The notes under the pieces are model-generated. The model had not been told where the DNA came from, made no database searches, and worked only from the letters and a program-made list of their open reading frames with translations. The position numbers were made by a program, and so were the translations under genes. Shown here piece by piece: positions 1 through 11,678 of a stretch of 64,000 nucleotides of DNA. Source of the DNA: Azolla caroliniana (lineage: Eukaryota > Plantae > Polypodiophyta); NCBI GenBank assembly GCA_043228905.1, contig JBHGNT010000014.1:20398001-20462000 (forward strand). The letters run 5' to 3'. The first letter of the stretch is position 1, and the number at the start of each line of letters is the position of its first letter.

Positions 1-143
1 ATTCCTATTTGCATGCGGAGACCTCAGAAGTTTTTGGGCTGAAAAAGCTCATCAGCTTGTGGAACAATAGCTCTCATTTATGGTGTATTTGTAAAAGATG
101 ATTGCACTATCAAGGCTGAAGGTTGTGAGAAGATCCATATTTA

Positions 144-332
144 TGGAGTATGTCTATGTATGTGGACTAACGGGACTATATATGGGCTGACATTAACAGT
201 ATGCTGATGCATCTGTCAGTGTTACTTTCATGCTAATTGGAGTAACTCTATACGTGTGGATTAACAGAATTGTGTATATGAACTGACATTAACAATATGC
301 TAATGCATCTCTCAGTCTTACCCTAATGCTAA
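144..332. repeat. Two diverged tandem copies of a ~94-bp unit (144-237, 238-332)
   Basis: TGGAGTA..TGTGGA(C/T)TAAC..CTGACATTAACA(G/A)TATGCT(G/A)ATGCATCT..ATGCTAA recurs at a 94-bp spacing. Confidence 0.7.
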
Positions 333-878
333 AGCTATTCAAGCATTGCACTAAATTGATGCAGTGAATTGATACAAAGGAAAGAGTTTGAGCTGATCTA
401 GTTTATTAGTGATACTTGAACTCTACATTTCATGGGGAAGCAAGGATACTCCCCCCATAAACTTGTTTTATAACAACATTCTCAAAAAAGAACCTCATGT
501 AACAATTCTGGCCTTGTGACTCGAGTCATAGGGTAACTTGGTAGATTTGCCGGGTGCATCCTCCATTTCAAAGCAATTTATCATTTATAAACGGCAACCA
601 AGTTAGAAGTGATCATTTGAGCATTCTTACTTTATTGGTATGCATGCAAATCTGGTATTCTCGTGCTAGATTCTACCTTGTTTTAATATTTCTTTTGCAA
701 GCTGAGCCGTTTCATACAATGTACTATGCCCCAACCAAGACAACACGCTTGTCATGTTGTGTAGCTTACGTATGTCATGGAAGGTGTGATATGATGACTA
801 TCAATTTTGTGGATTTTTGTCGTATTGCACTTAATACTTAGTAATAATGAACATTAAACTGTACAACATCAATAGCTT

Positions 879-1190
879 ATGAAAATGTATTGCACCTTGA
901 AAATATTCAGAGATTTAAATGTGACAATTTGAAATTTGAATACTAAAATTAAAGAGCATCAAGAAACCTTGAAATGGATAAAAGAGTTTTAAAGCTTTCA
1001 GTAACAATTGTTGGAAGCTGTTATAATGAACATTACCTTTGAACAAGGGCAACAAAACCAAAAAATTATTAAAAGATTTATAACAAGATTCAAATTTCAA
1101 AACAAAACCATGAATCACAAGTTGAATTATGCAATAGAAAAAGATAAATCTGGAGAGGTTTCTGTAGACTAGCCTACATTCTCATATAGC
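879..1190 (+). pseudogene. Degenerate K/E/Q-rich coiled-coil-like coding remnant, possibly related to the orphan at 19650-20785
   Basis: The frame from 879 reads MKMYCTLKIFRDLNVTI*NLNTKIKEHQETLKWIKEF*SFQ*QLLEAVIMNITFEQ... Its stops are TGA/TAA (one transition from CGA/CAA). KIKEH and QLL...EQ echo the 19949 ORF. Similarity judged by eye only. Confidence 0.25.
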
Positions 1191-2398
1191 TTGGTAATTT
1201 CATAAACACAAATTTCATCGAATTGTTTGTCAAATCTCTACAATATGTTGTATACAAAGAGAGCATGTTAATGACCAAGTGTTCTCAAAGCTTGAAGCAA
1301 TTTTACAGAAAAAATCAAGAATCATATTTTGTATTATGTGAAGATAAGGTAATTCTCGTGAGATTTTGGAAGACTAGCCTATGTTCTCATATACCTTTAG
1401 ACTTTCATAACTACAACATTCCCCCAACTGTTTATCTATTAATTTTGTGTTTTGAAGGTTTTTTTCGGTGATAGAGCCCAAGGGAGAGGAAACTATAAGC
1501 ATTTCTTGGGGTATCACGAATGATGAAGACAAAGTGAAGAGATGATAATGAAGTGGGCTATGACCCGATATTACTAAGGAGTGATGCCTCAATCTATAGA
1601 CATATGTAATTGACAATAGAAACTATAACTCTGGTTGCTATTTCTATGTATGAAAACCAAGGCAACATGTATTTTGCCTCAAAGGAAGGCCTCAAAGCAT
1701 TCCATCAGATGCAGGATTTGTCAAGTTGGTAAGGTGGGGAAGGGGACACAATGTTAGTTGATTTAGTGAAAACTTATGATTTTTGTAAACAATCGCCTTG
1801 GCTTGGCCAATTGTGACATTTGTTGGACAATAACACAAATAGAGAGGATGATTATTAATGTTCATGGGGGACCAATACAATGTATGGGATGGGGTGCAAC
1901 TAGTATATGTACGTGCGTGCGTGCGTGCGTGTGTGTATTATTAAAACATCCACAAGAGATTGAATACGATTTTTGGTCTTTGATATGAGATAAATGTTTG
2001 ATCATTTTAAGATATACTCTTTCCTTGAAAGACTGTGTAGGTCAATCAACACCAAATCATATTTACTGAAACACACAAACACATGCATTCTCTCTCACCA
2101 TCCACACTGACAACACATGATTGATTATATTTGTCTCTCGTGGACGATAATAATATATTTATCCATTTGAATATCACATTCATTACAATGTTCCACCTTC
2201 GACCACATTTAGGGTTTGCTTTCCCACATTTTCAAACCAAAGTGATCCCTACATACAATACTTGAGTTTTGTTTTTTGAAATATGATAAATAAAATCTCT
2301 TTTAATTGGCATTTTCACCTTATTTGTGGTTAATTGACACATATATATGTTTGCCACCCCTTAGTGTGAAAATAGTAATGAAAGGAACATTATATTTA

Positions 2399-2712
2399 GG
2401 GAAAAGTACCAGGATACCCCTGGAAGTTTGTCTATTTACCAGAATGCCCCTGGAAGTTCCAAATTTACCAAACTACCTCAATGTGCAAAAAATTACACTT
2501 TATAAAGTATTTATACACTCAAATCTACAAGCCCTAGTTACCAAAGATGGAAGAAATGGACTCGAACTAGCCCTATTTACCAAAGATTTGAGTGTATAAT
2601 TACTTTTATAAAGTGTAATTTTTTGGACATAGGGGTAGTTTGGTAAATTTGGAACTTCTAGGGGCATTCTAGTAAATAGACGAACTTCCAGGGGTATCCT
2701 GGTACTTTTCCC
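2399..2712. mobile_element. Mutator-like (MULE) MITE, 314 bp, with long TIRs and a 9-bp TSD
   Basis: Starts GGGAAAAGTACCAGGATACCCCTGGAAG and ends CTTCCAGGGGTATCCTGGTACTTTTCCC. The inverted repeat runs about 125 bp on each side. A perfect 9-bp TSD TTATATTTA lies at 2390-2398 and 2713-2721. Long G-starting TIRs plus a 9-bp TSD are Mutator hallmarks. Confidence 0.93.
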
Positions 2713-3029
2713 TTATATTTATTGCAACCATTGAATAATGAATTAATGAGCATATTTTGTCTATTACACGTAATCACTAGGTAATGCCAATATATCTTTA
2801 GTGAATTGTTGGTCGTGGTCATATGATGGTGTCATTGAGAATGACCTTTTGACCATTAGGGCTATCGAGTTATTATGGTGCCTAGAAAAAAAGAGTTATT
2901 ATGTCGGCTATGACAACTAGTTATAGTAACTTAGGCACATGGAATGGCGTGTGTTGTGGTATCGTTTTAAAGGCGTGTATCACACTTGTACCTTGTGGGA
3001 CATAAAGAGGTTGAATATGACCATTGTAT

Positions 3030-3442
3030 TTGAAGGTTCGAGGGATACAGAGACAATCAATTGTACAAAACCACCATCGTGCACAAATCGAAAGGTACGA
3101 ATGGTTTGATTATGGTCGTCTTCAATCTATGATATCCTTTCACAATGGATCCATGGACAACAAAGCAAACCTTCACTTCGAGTTGTCTCCCATACGCAAG
3201 ATGTTGTTTTCCCTCATGTTTGGTGTGTGCCGACCCTCTTTATTTATCAGGAAATTGGAGCATTGTTTCTATAGCTCCACTTGCTTTCACATTCCCTTTA
3301 TTGGTTGTTGACATACTAATTAAGGCCTCATAAGGCACAATTAATTATGGAGCCTTTCATAAAAACTTTTTATACAAGCCTATAAAGGGGCGATTCGCAA
3401 ACAAGCCTTTTAGCCATTAAAAGGCTTTTGAGTCATTAAAAT
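3030..3442 (+). repeat. Dispersed repeat segment B (second copy at 6328-6742)
   Basis: Near-identical sequence from TTGAAGGTTCGAGGGATAC to GAGTCATTAAAAT. ORFs 3024..3311 and 6328..6612 give nearly the same peptide. Confidence 0.9.
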
Positions 3443-3906
3443 TGTAAAATAAGCCATAGCTATCATCAATAAATCTTGCACAACATCATGACACGAAAGC
3501 GGAAAAATCATGAATCATCTATCATCACCATGTCATCAATATTATATACTACTTTATTTGACAAGGTTACCTTGTATATTATTATATTGTGCATGTGTTT
3601 ATTGTGAGGGCTTGATGTATAAAACATGAATAAGATTGCATGGGCAGACAAGTTAGATGCATTCACGTAAAGAAGAATATATATATATGCACAAAAAGTA
3701 AATTAAAAGCTAGATAAATGATATTGTGACGGGAAATTATTGACACTAAGGTTGATACATGCAATTATGAACAAAAAATCATGCACACAAAGTTGATGAA
3801 AGCAAGTCATGAGATAAGTAACATATGTGTCAGTGATTGAAAAGGCCAATTTATGATAGAAGACTTGAAAATCTAAAGAAAGTGCACATGCATGATAATG
3901 AATATG

Positions 3907-4225
3907 AGAGTCACAAAAAGCTAATGGATCTTGAAATCGTGTCCAATGCTAGTCAGCCAAATGAGAAGTTGTCGCTCGGCCAAGTTTGTTTTTCTCGGAA
4001 ATTTGAGACAAGAAGCCATTATTCGTCATAGGTTTGTTGTTGTAGATGCCTTTCGCGAGTTACAAAAAAGCTATTGGATCTTGAAATTGAACTAAACAAT
4101 AAGTCGTCGCCATGACTAAGTTTGCTTTTCTTGGAAAGCGATTTATAGACACATGAGCAAGGACAAAAAGATAGGGAACCATTATTCGTTGTCAAAAGAT
4201 TGTTGTAGAAGATGCCTTTTGTGAC
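3907..4225. repeat. Diverged tandem duplication, ~150-bp period
   Basis: GAGT(C/T)ACAAAAAGCTA(A/T)TGGATCTTGAAAT..AAGTTTG..CCATTATTCGT..GTTGTAG..ATGCCTTT occurs at ~3907 and ~4057. Confidence 0.65.
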
Positions 4226-4895
4226 ACATCAACATGGATCCGAGTCCAGAACAACACGAAGAAAGAGTGAAGAAATTGCCGCTAGTCATTGCATTCGGAG
4301 TGAGCATAGGTCACAAGAGCCTTGGGTTTGTGTGTCCTAGTTAGTTGTCCGCCTGCTTGCCCGTCCACTCACCCACTCGCCCAACAGGACCTTCTTGCTA
4401 CCAATGACTTGTTGTGCCACATACACATGCGATCCTTCGACAAAATGTGTAATCATTTCAAGTGTATTTGATACGCTCCGCAATATGAACTTATGATCTG
4501 AATGCAATGTGAGTGTAGAGATTTAGTGACGCAATTTGACTCATATTTACACAGGTAGTAGTAGAAGAAGTAGGTTTAAAGGAAGACTAACTGACAAGGT
4601 AGGTTGAGAATAAGCTATACAAGGAGTTAGTTCCGAATACCTTAGATGATGTTCATTCTTCTTTGTGGCAAGGAGTGAATAAGGATGGATGAAGATGTGG
4701 AGTTTCGAACTCATTCCCACTCATATGAATGAAATTTGAATGTGTGTGTAGCAGGTAAGCACATATATGTATGTACATACAAGAGAGGGGACATACCAGC
4801 GTTTCTATTCGCTACCAAATACATAACAATTAGGCCTCTCGTGAGGAAATCACGGACATGGACGGTGTAGGACACATTTCGAATGGCGCGTGCGA

Positions 4896-5643
4896 TCCTA
4901 TCTATAAAAAGCACTATTCGATCTCTATCTATAAAAAGCACGTGCATAAAACGTCTGACGAGCCTCTGTCACATCTAACCCGGGCAGTGATGATGCCATT
5001 TTATTACCTAACCTAGACTTTTGTTACCGATATGGCATGAGGAGGTTCAATAAGTTGGAAGCAACAAATTGGTGCAAAAAGAGGAGCCACGTCCAACATT
5101 TCACAATAACTTATTGGTAGCTCCCCAAACACGACCAAAACACACACTGGCAGGCTACAGAGAGGTGCTCATCGTGCTAAGAGGCAGTTGCCAATATGTG
5201 ACACTGAGAAGGTTCGGTGTTTGCATTGTGATGGTTTGACATTGACTTCAAGAGACTCCAATGCAAATTGCTGCAAAAATTGTGAGTGTATCTTGCCATC
5301 CTTTGAACAAGAGCCTTAATCGCATAGTTTTTTATTACATTACATCATGTGATTTTGTATTTATAATTATTATTTTTGATATTTTTGAGTAATTTTAGCA
5401 TCTTTTTTAAACAATGGTGTCTTCCAAAATTTCAATCGGGTACCCAAGTTAGGTGCATGCACTCGGGTTAGGTTTAAGTGCCGGGTTAGGTTTAGGTACC
5501 TGGGTTAGGTTCATGCACTCGGGTTAGGTTTAGGTCTTATAGAATAGCTGGTAAAAGCTGAGTTAGGTGTGACAGAGGTTTGTCAGAGCCGGGTTAGACG
5601 TGACAAATCCGATTGTCAGACTCAGGTTAGACGTATACAGTAG
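4896..5643 (+). mobile_element. Non-autonomous, internally deleted Helitron with a remnant RepHel N-terminal zinc-finger region
   Basis: The 5' end is A|TC(C)TATCTATAAAAAGCA, present twice (4896 and 4922). A disabled frame at 5032-5319 reads MA*GGSISW...VRCLHCDGLTLTSRDSNANCCKNCECILPSFEQEP*, matching the CxxC...CCxxGxxxLP motif of Helitron RepHel N-termini. The 3' end has an imperfect hairpin GTCAGACTCAGGTTAGAC about 11 nt before ...CAGTAG (canonical end is CTRR). Confidence 0.6.
5434..5535 (+). repeat. Subterminal array of GGGTTAGGTT motifs (~18-19-bp period, at least 4 copies)
   Basis: GGGTTAGGTT read directly at ~5465, 5483, 5502 and 5521. Confidence 0.8.
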
Positions 5644-5649
5644 AAGTCG

Positions 5650-6742
5650 CACAATGTGTATCATATTCTCTTTGCCAATAATGGCCTTGATGCAAATATT
5701 TGAGAGTATGCCAGATTTGGGTATGACCCTTGGTATGCAGACTCGTGCATTGCTTGTGAGCCTTTTCCTTCCAAATGGACACTTACTTTGATGGAGATGA
5801 CAACTCGTGGTGTACAACACAACACAACACATGCCTATCACACCAAATTGGGTGAAGTGTATGAATTTTATCCTTCTTGTGATCATGATTCTTTCCATGG
5901 AAGGTAGGTGGTATGATGTTTTTCATCCAAATAGATGCGTTGAACCCCTCCTTGTGGAGGGGTCAACGTTGTGTTCTTGTATCGTGTCTAGTTCTTGATT
6001 GTCAAACTCCATATAGACATTAATGAACGGCTTTTTGAGAAGCTCATAAGATTTTTTAATCTCTTTCATCCTCCTTTGAATTGGAATTTAGCGAATAATC
6101 TCTTTGGAAAGTCCATAAGTTGTTAATGGAAAAGTTGAACATTCTCGTTCAAAACAATACAGTTACAACTAAGTGCATCCATATGGCCATTCGATTTCTC
6201 GATACCACTTTGATCTTTTGCCATGAATAAATGACCCAAAGAATGTAGCATAAAAGTTGTAATAGCAAAATATTTCCATGTTATCTGGGATTGTCTATTT
6301 GAAAATATAGATATAAACTGTTGTTGATTGAAGGTTCGAGGGATACAAAGACAATCAATTGTACAAAACCACCACCGTGCACAAATCAAAAGATACGAAT
6401 GGTTTAATTATGGTCATCTTCAATCTATGATATCCTTTCACAATGGATCCATGGACAACAAAGCAAACCTTCACTTCGAGTTGTCTCCCATACTCAAGAT
6501 GTTGTTTTCCCTCATGTTTGGTGTGTGCCGACGACTCTCTTTATTTATCAGGAAATTGGAGCATTGTTTCTATAGCTCCACTTACTTTCATGTTCCCTTT
6601 ATTGGTTGTTGACATACTAATTAAGGCCTCATAAGGCACAATTAATTATGGAGCCTTTCATAAAAACTTTTTATACAAGCCTAGAAAGGGGCAATTCGCA
6701 AACAAGCCTTTTAGCCCTTAAAAGGCTTTGAGTCATTAAAAT
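5650..6742 (+). repeat. Composite dispersed repeat A (5650-6326) + B (6328-6742)
   Basis: Part A matches 28956-29633 and part B matches 3030-3442, both at high identity in the same orientation. Confidence 0.9.
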
Positions 6743-7791
6743 GGTGCCAACTTTTTAGTTGTTTTTGTTTAAGGAGCAAGAGTTGCACCTTCTCGTGCCA
6801 TATAAGGTTGATTTTGACTACCTTCGATAGGCCACCGTTAGGTGTTAGGGTCTAGATTTCAATCAAATGTAGGGGAAACAAGCCAAATCTTGTTCATTGA
6901 TCACCAAGGAGCACCACAACACACATACACATGGGCTCCGAAAGGAGAGATTGATTTCAGTAGTTTCGGCAACAGAGGGAGAGCGAGCACCTCGTAATTC
7001 TGGGTGGAGTTGGCGTTACGTAAGCGAGCAAGTCTCAAAAGCGGAGCATCAAAGAGAGGGGTTCTGCAGGGGCCATAAAAAAGGTCCTTACTATCCTACA
7101 ACAGCGCGGGGGGTTTGGGTAAATAGTGACAAGGTTACACTTACATATGTATATATGTGTATGATGCATTCATTGATTGGTATACATACATTAAGCCTAT
7201 TGATTATTAGTAGTAACTTGTAAGTATTACTAGTGCTAGGGTAGAGGGGTATGTTTGGGAATTATGGAAAACTTAGGGGCAAGCTAGATAAATATGTAAA
7301 AGAAGCGTTAAGTATTCAATGAACAAAAACTCTCTGTATCTCTGAAGACGAAGAAGAAGAAGAAGAAGAAGGAGAAGAAGCAGAAGCACGACCTCTTCAC
7401 TGCGTCGAAATAGATCAACCCGAAACTTCTTCTTCATCTTCCTCCTCAACACATTCGGAGAAATCAAGTACTCTTCTTTCCAAGAAGAACTTCAAGGTAT
7501 TTATTTTACTCTTTCCTTTTCTGTTAGTGTTTTTTTGTTGTTGTTGCCTTTGAGCTTTCCATCCCTCGTAATGGTGTGAATATGCATGTATTTCTGAACT
7601 AAAATAGGTAAGAAATCTGTCTTGCATTCCACATGACTATAATTAAGTAGGACAAAGAAGGTTTCAGCCAATACTTTTCATTATTCCATGTTCTACTTCT
7701 TTACTAGTAGGGCATGCAAAGAAATTGGCATCTTTTAGTTGCTTTCCAACTCTTGAGCATCTATCTCTTTCTAAACTTAAATTTATGATAC

Positions 7792-8392
7792 AGATTTAGG
7801 ATTACCAGATATTAATTACGTCAAGTAGTATGTAAAAGTTGGAGTATAAGGTCATAAGCTAATAATGTGTAAGAAGAAACAAATAGTGGTTTATGTGAGT
7901 GGCTCATCAATGTAGGCTTTCCTTTCTTTTCTTATTTAAACCTTAGTTTTAAGGTTTGAAATGTTATTGTTCGTTTCTAGAGTAATCGTGAGTCATTAGC
8001 TTAAGACAACCCTTAGTGCCAACATAGATTTTGGAGGTAGGAGAGCTGCCTTTTACACCTTTTTGTATCTAAACCCTCTAGTACTAAATGCTAATTTGTT
8101 TAATTCTAACCTCTTTAGCTATAAACTTTTATCTACCATTATAATTAGTCTCATAACGAGGGGGGACACACATTTAGCAGTTTGTTAGTCCATCGTTTGT
8201 TGGCCGGAGAAGAGCCACAACCGGTGACACCTCCATTATGACCCATGAGTAACAAAAATGTCAAAAAGTGATCTTTCCCTTGCGTGTTGCACAATTATGG
8301 TCATTGCTGCATGTACCTAGTTTTGTAACTTGACATAGGTTTATATGCTCATAATAGTTTGACAGGACTCCTTGTGGTGAGTCTTGCCTAGA
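7792..8392 (+). repeat. ~600-bp direct repeat, copy 1 (copy 2 at 9414-10016)
   Basis: AGATTTAGGATTACCAGATATT...GAGTCTTGCCTAGA occurs twice with roughly a dozen differences by eye. Confidence 0.93.
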
Positions 8393-8654
8393 AACAAGTT
8401 TATAGTCGCCTTCAGTGATGAGCTTCAATCCTTCAGGTTTGCTCACACACTTTGTTATCTGTTGGGAAGACCTCCTACTTTCACTTGTTTTCCCAAATGC
8501 CCTTTGATGAACTTTTTGAGCAATCCTGTGTGCTATTTTAAACAATTATATGGTAAGTTCATCCCATGCTTCCGTCCTTTGGGGGTTTCACCAAGGGCAT
8601 CTGGGAATTAAAAAACCCAGGAGAATAATTTAAAATTTATTGAGCTTTTGGATT

Positions 8655-8689
8655 CCCCCCCCCCCCCCCCCCGCCCCCCCCTCCCCCCC
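8655..8689. repeat. Poly-C tract (33 of 35 bases C)
   Basis: Directly visible; poly-G on the minus strand. Confidence 0.9.
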
Positions 8690-9413
8690 TTTCATTTATG
8701 TGTTATTTAATGCCTTTCTTTTTCCACTCTGGATGTGGTACAGACATTGGAAACATTGCAAGCTGAGGTTGTAGGTAGGAATGCTAGCTCTTTTAGGGTT
8801 ATACACTGCAATGTCCCTTCTTATTTGTAAATGAGGCCATAACTTTGACAACCCCTTTTCTGCAAGACTTAGTAGGAATGCTGATTCTTTCAGAGATATG
8901 CAAGGTAAATGCCCCTTTTGTGCATAGTACGCTTGAATCATTCTTTTCTTTGAATATTGCCCTTTTTTGGTGATTAAAAATTTGACATTTGTCTCCACCT
9001 TTCAAACTGTCACCTGAAAACAATTGACTAAATGATCAAAATTTATCATTGTACCTAGAAGGAAGGAGGCAAGCAGACATTGTAGGGAAGAATGGTTGCT
9101 TTAGCTAATTCAAAGGTCTACCTACCAGTTTTTGTGCTTCAATTGAGTGTTTCAGAGTAATTTGTTAAATCTTTTGGTGTATATTTGCGCGTTCCAACAA
9201 CAAGTCCTTATTTGTATTGCTTGATATGAGTGTATTTCCATCAGGATGTGTGCGTTATTGTGGGAATTGACCTAAAGATATTGGCCATCCGGCAGGGGAT
9301 ATGTATTTTGGTTGAATAGGACTCATGCTTGGCACTATAAATTGTTATGACCATAGTACACTTAAGTAGGGCTATAACTATAAATATTAAGTAGGGCATT
9401 TTGTAAAATATGA

Positions 9414-10016
9414 AGATTTAGGATTACCAGATATTAATTACTTTAAGTAGTATGTAAAAGTTGGAGTGTAAGGTCATAAGCTAATAATGTGTAAGAAGAA
9501 AAAAATAGTGGTTTATGTGAGTGGCTCATCAATGTAGGCTTCCCTTTCTTTTCTTATTTAAACCTTAGTTTTAAGGTTTGAAGTGTTATTGTTCGTTTCT
9601 AGAGTAATCGTGAGTCATTAGCTTAAGACAACCCTTAGTGCAAACATAGATTTTGGAGGTAGGAGAGCTGTCTTTTACAGTCCTTTTTGTATCTAAACCC
9701 TCTAGTACTAAATGCTAATTTGTTTAATTCTAACCTCTTTAGCTATAAACTTTTATCTACCATTATAATTAGTCTCATAACGAGGGGGGGCACACATTTA
9801 GCAGTTTGTTAGTCCATCGTTTGTTGGCCAGAGAAGAGCCACAACCGGTGACACCCCCATTATGACCCATGAGTAACAAAAATGTCAAAAAGTGATCTTT
9901 CCCTTGCGTGTTGCACAATTATGGTCATTGCTGCATGTACCTAGTTTTGTAACTTGACATAGGTTTATATGCTCGTAATAGTTTGACAGGACTCCTTGTG
10001 GTGAGTCTTGCCTAGA
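9414..10016 (+). repeat. ~600-bp direct repeat, copy 2
   Basis: Matches 7792-8392. Confidence 0.93.
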
Positions 10017-10699
10017 CACCATGAAATCAATGGTGGCCAATGGCAAATACATTCAAGAGATACACCTATGATCCTTGGACCACTACATCAAATTCAAGAA
10101 CTCTGAACTCCAGAAAGTTAAGATCAATCAAATCTGGGCATTGAGATACAAGGAGAAGGAAATAACCATAGCAGGGATATGTAATGTCTCTAGAAGCAAG
10201 TCTCAGGTTATCTAGTAGCAAGTCAATTATTCATATGAAGGCACACGATCACTATTGAGTTATTGCCTCTCCAGCATCCCTTCAGTATTGTGGTATATAG
10301 GTAGACACACATTATGTTGTCAGATGGTGGACTTTTGGTTGCTTCAGCCTTCAATAACCATGGTCTATCACAGCCATGTCCATAATTCTAGACTTGACTT
10401 CAGATGATGTTTGGAAGCATTTCTAGACTTGGCTGAACTCAAGAAGATAATTCGTTTTCAATGGATGTTCATAATTCTTGACTTCTAGTTGGCGCTTGGG
10501 TAGAGTATTTTTGTTACAATCCCACTCACAATAGATTGTGGACATGGTTGAATCACCTGAGTGCCTATTTTGATTGGGGCGTCTCCAGACATAATTTAAT
10601 GTGATGATGTTAACGAGACAAAATGGATCTCCTTGCTGTGCTTTTGGTTATTCCTTAATGCTAAGCATTGAAGGTACTTTGGAGGCAACTTATGAATGT

Positions 10700-11350
10700 T
10701 GCTTAGGTATAGATTCAACCCACCAAAATCTCCTTCTTGATATTGATAACGTGCAAGGAGATAGGAAACTGATTCACGAGGATCAATGGTGTAAAAAGTA
10801 GCCAGGTTTAAGAGCGCAAGAGGGTAAATGTTGTGATTCACGAGGGTCAATGTTGTTGCTAAAGGATCCAATTCTAGAATGTCATTATATGCTCCACAAC
10901 TATACACATTAACTGTCTGGCAAGTAAACCGAGTAAATTGGTACTTAGCCAACTCACTATCCTGTTTAGCATAGACATCCCTTGTGCACTTCCAAAGGTT
11001 ACAAAGTGTTTGCCATATTGTGTTACTTCACGCATATCTTGAGCTTGTCACTCTAGACCAACTTCTTATGCCATACCTTCTCCATACATAGCCTTTGGTG
11101 TCAAACATAATTATTTGTTCATCCTTGGTTTGGGCATTGAAGTCACAATATTATATCGCCCATAGCAACAATCTTATGATATCATCATATAATGGTAGAT
11201 ATGGTGATTCTCCGAGAGGTGCAAACCTCAATTAGGCAGGTGGAAAGCAACAAATTGCAATGTATAGTTCCCTAAGTTTCCCTCTTTTGATTCATATACA
11301 CATATACCATACATCTATATTCTTATGCACAACATACACTCTATCATGGA
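10700..11350 (-). mobile_element. Decayed non-LTR retrotransposon (LINE) APE-endonuclease region
   Basis: Broken minus-strand frames give ELYIAICCFPPA, CDFNAQT (cf. GDFNAxT), TQYGKHF, QFT and IVVEHIM (cf. SVVDYI), in the order expected for LINE APE domains. Many stops and frameshifts. Confidence 0.6.
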
Positions 11351-11359
11351 GCTCCTTTT

Positions 11360-11615
11360 TGTTGGGTTCTTGCTTTGAATCCCAAAAAGCTCCACCACTT
11401 TAGGGTTGTAAGAGTATTTTGAGACAGGGGGAAAAAACCTCCTAAAGAGGGAAAAAATGCCCCTGTAGTCCTAAGTGTGTTCACACACATCATTGTCCTA
11501 AGTGTGTTCACACATTACTGTCCTAAATGTGTTCACACACATCACTATCCTAAGTGTGTTCACACATCACTGTCCTAATTGTGTTCACACACATCACTAC
11601 CAAAATATGTCAACA
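11360..11615 (-). repeat. 3' LTR of the copia element (256 bp), containing five 25/27-bp tandem units at 11468-11598
   Basis: Aligns to 16243-16394 apart from 104 extra bases and about 6 substitutions. Confidence 0.93.
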
Positions 11616-11678
11616 AATCCCCCTTGGGAGTGATGCGGTGAACAAGGAGCTGACACTCATGGTTAAACAAGTGCCAAG

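Noticed and set aside
6843-7103. Candidate solo LTR (TGTTAGG...CCTACAACA)
   Set aside because: No TSD, PBS or PPT and no second copy in the window; cannot be supported.
11468-11598. Short regularly repeated 25-27-bp units resembling a CRISPR array
   Set aside because: Units are contiguous with no unique spacers, lie within a retrotransposon LTR, and no cas genes are present.
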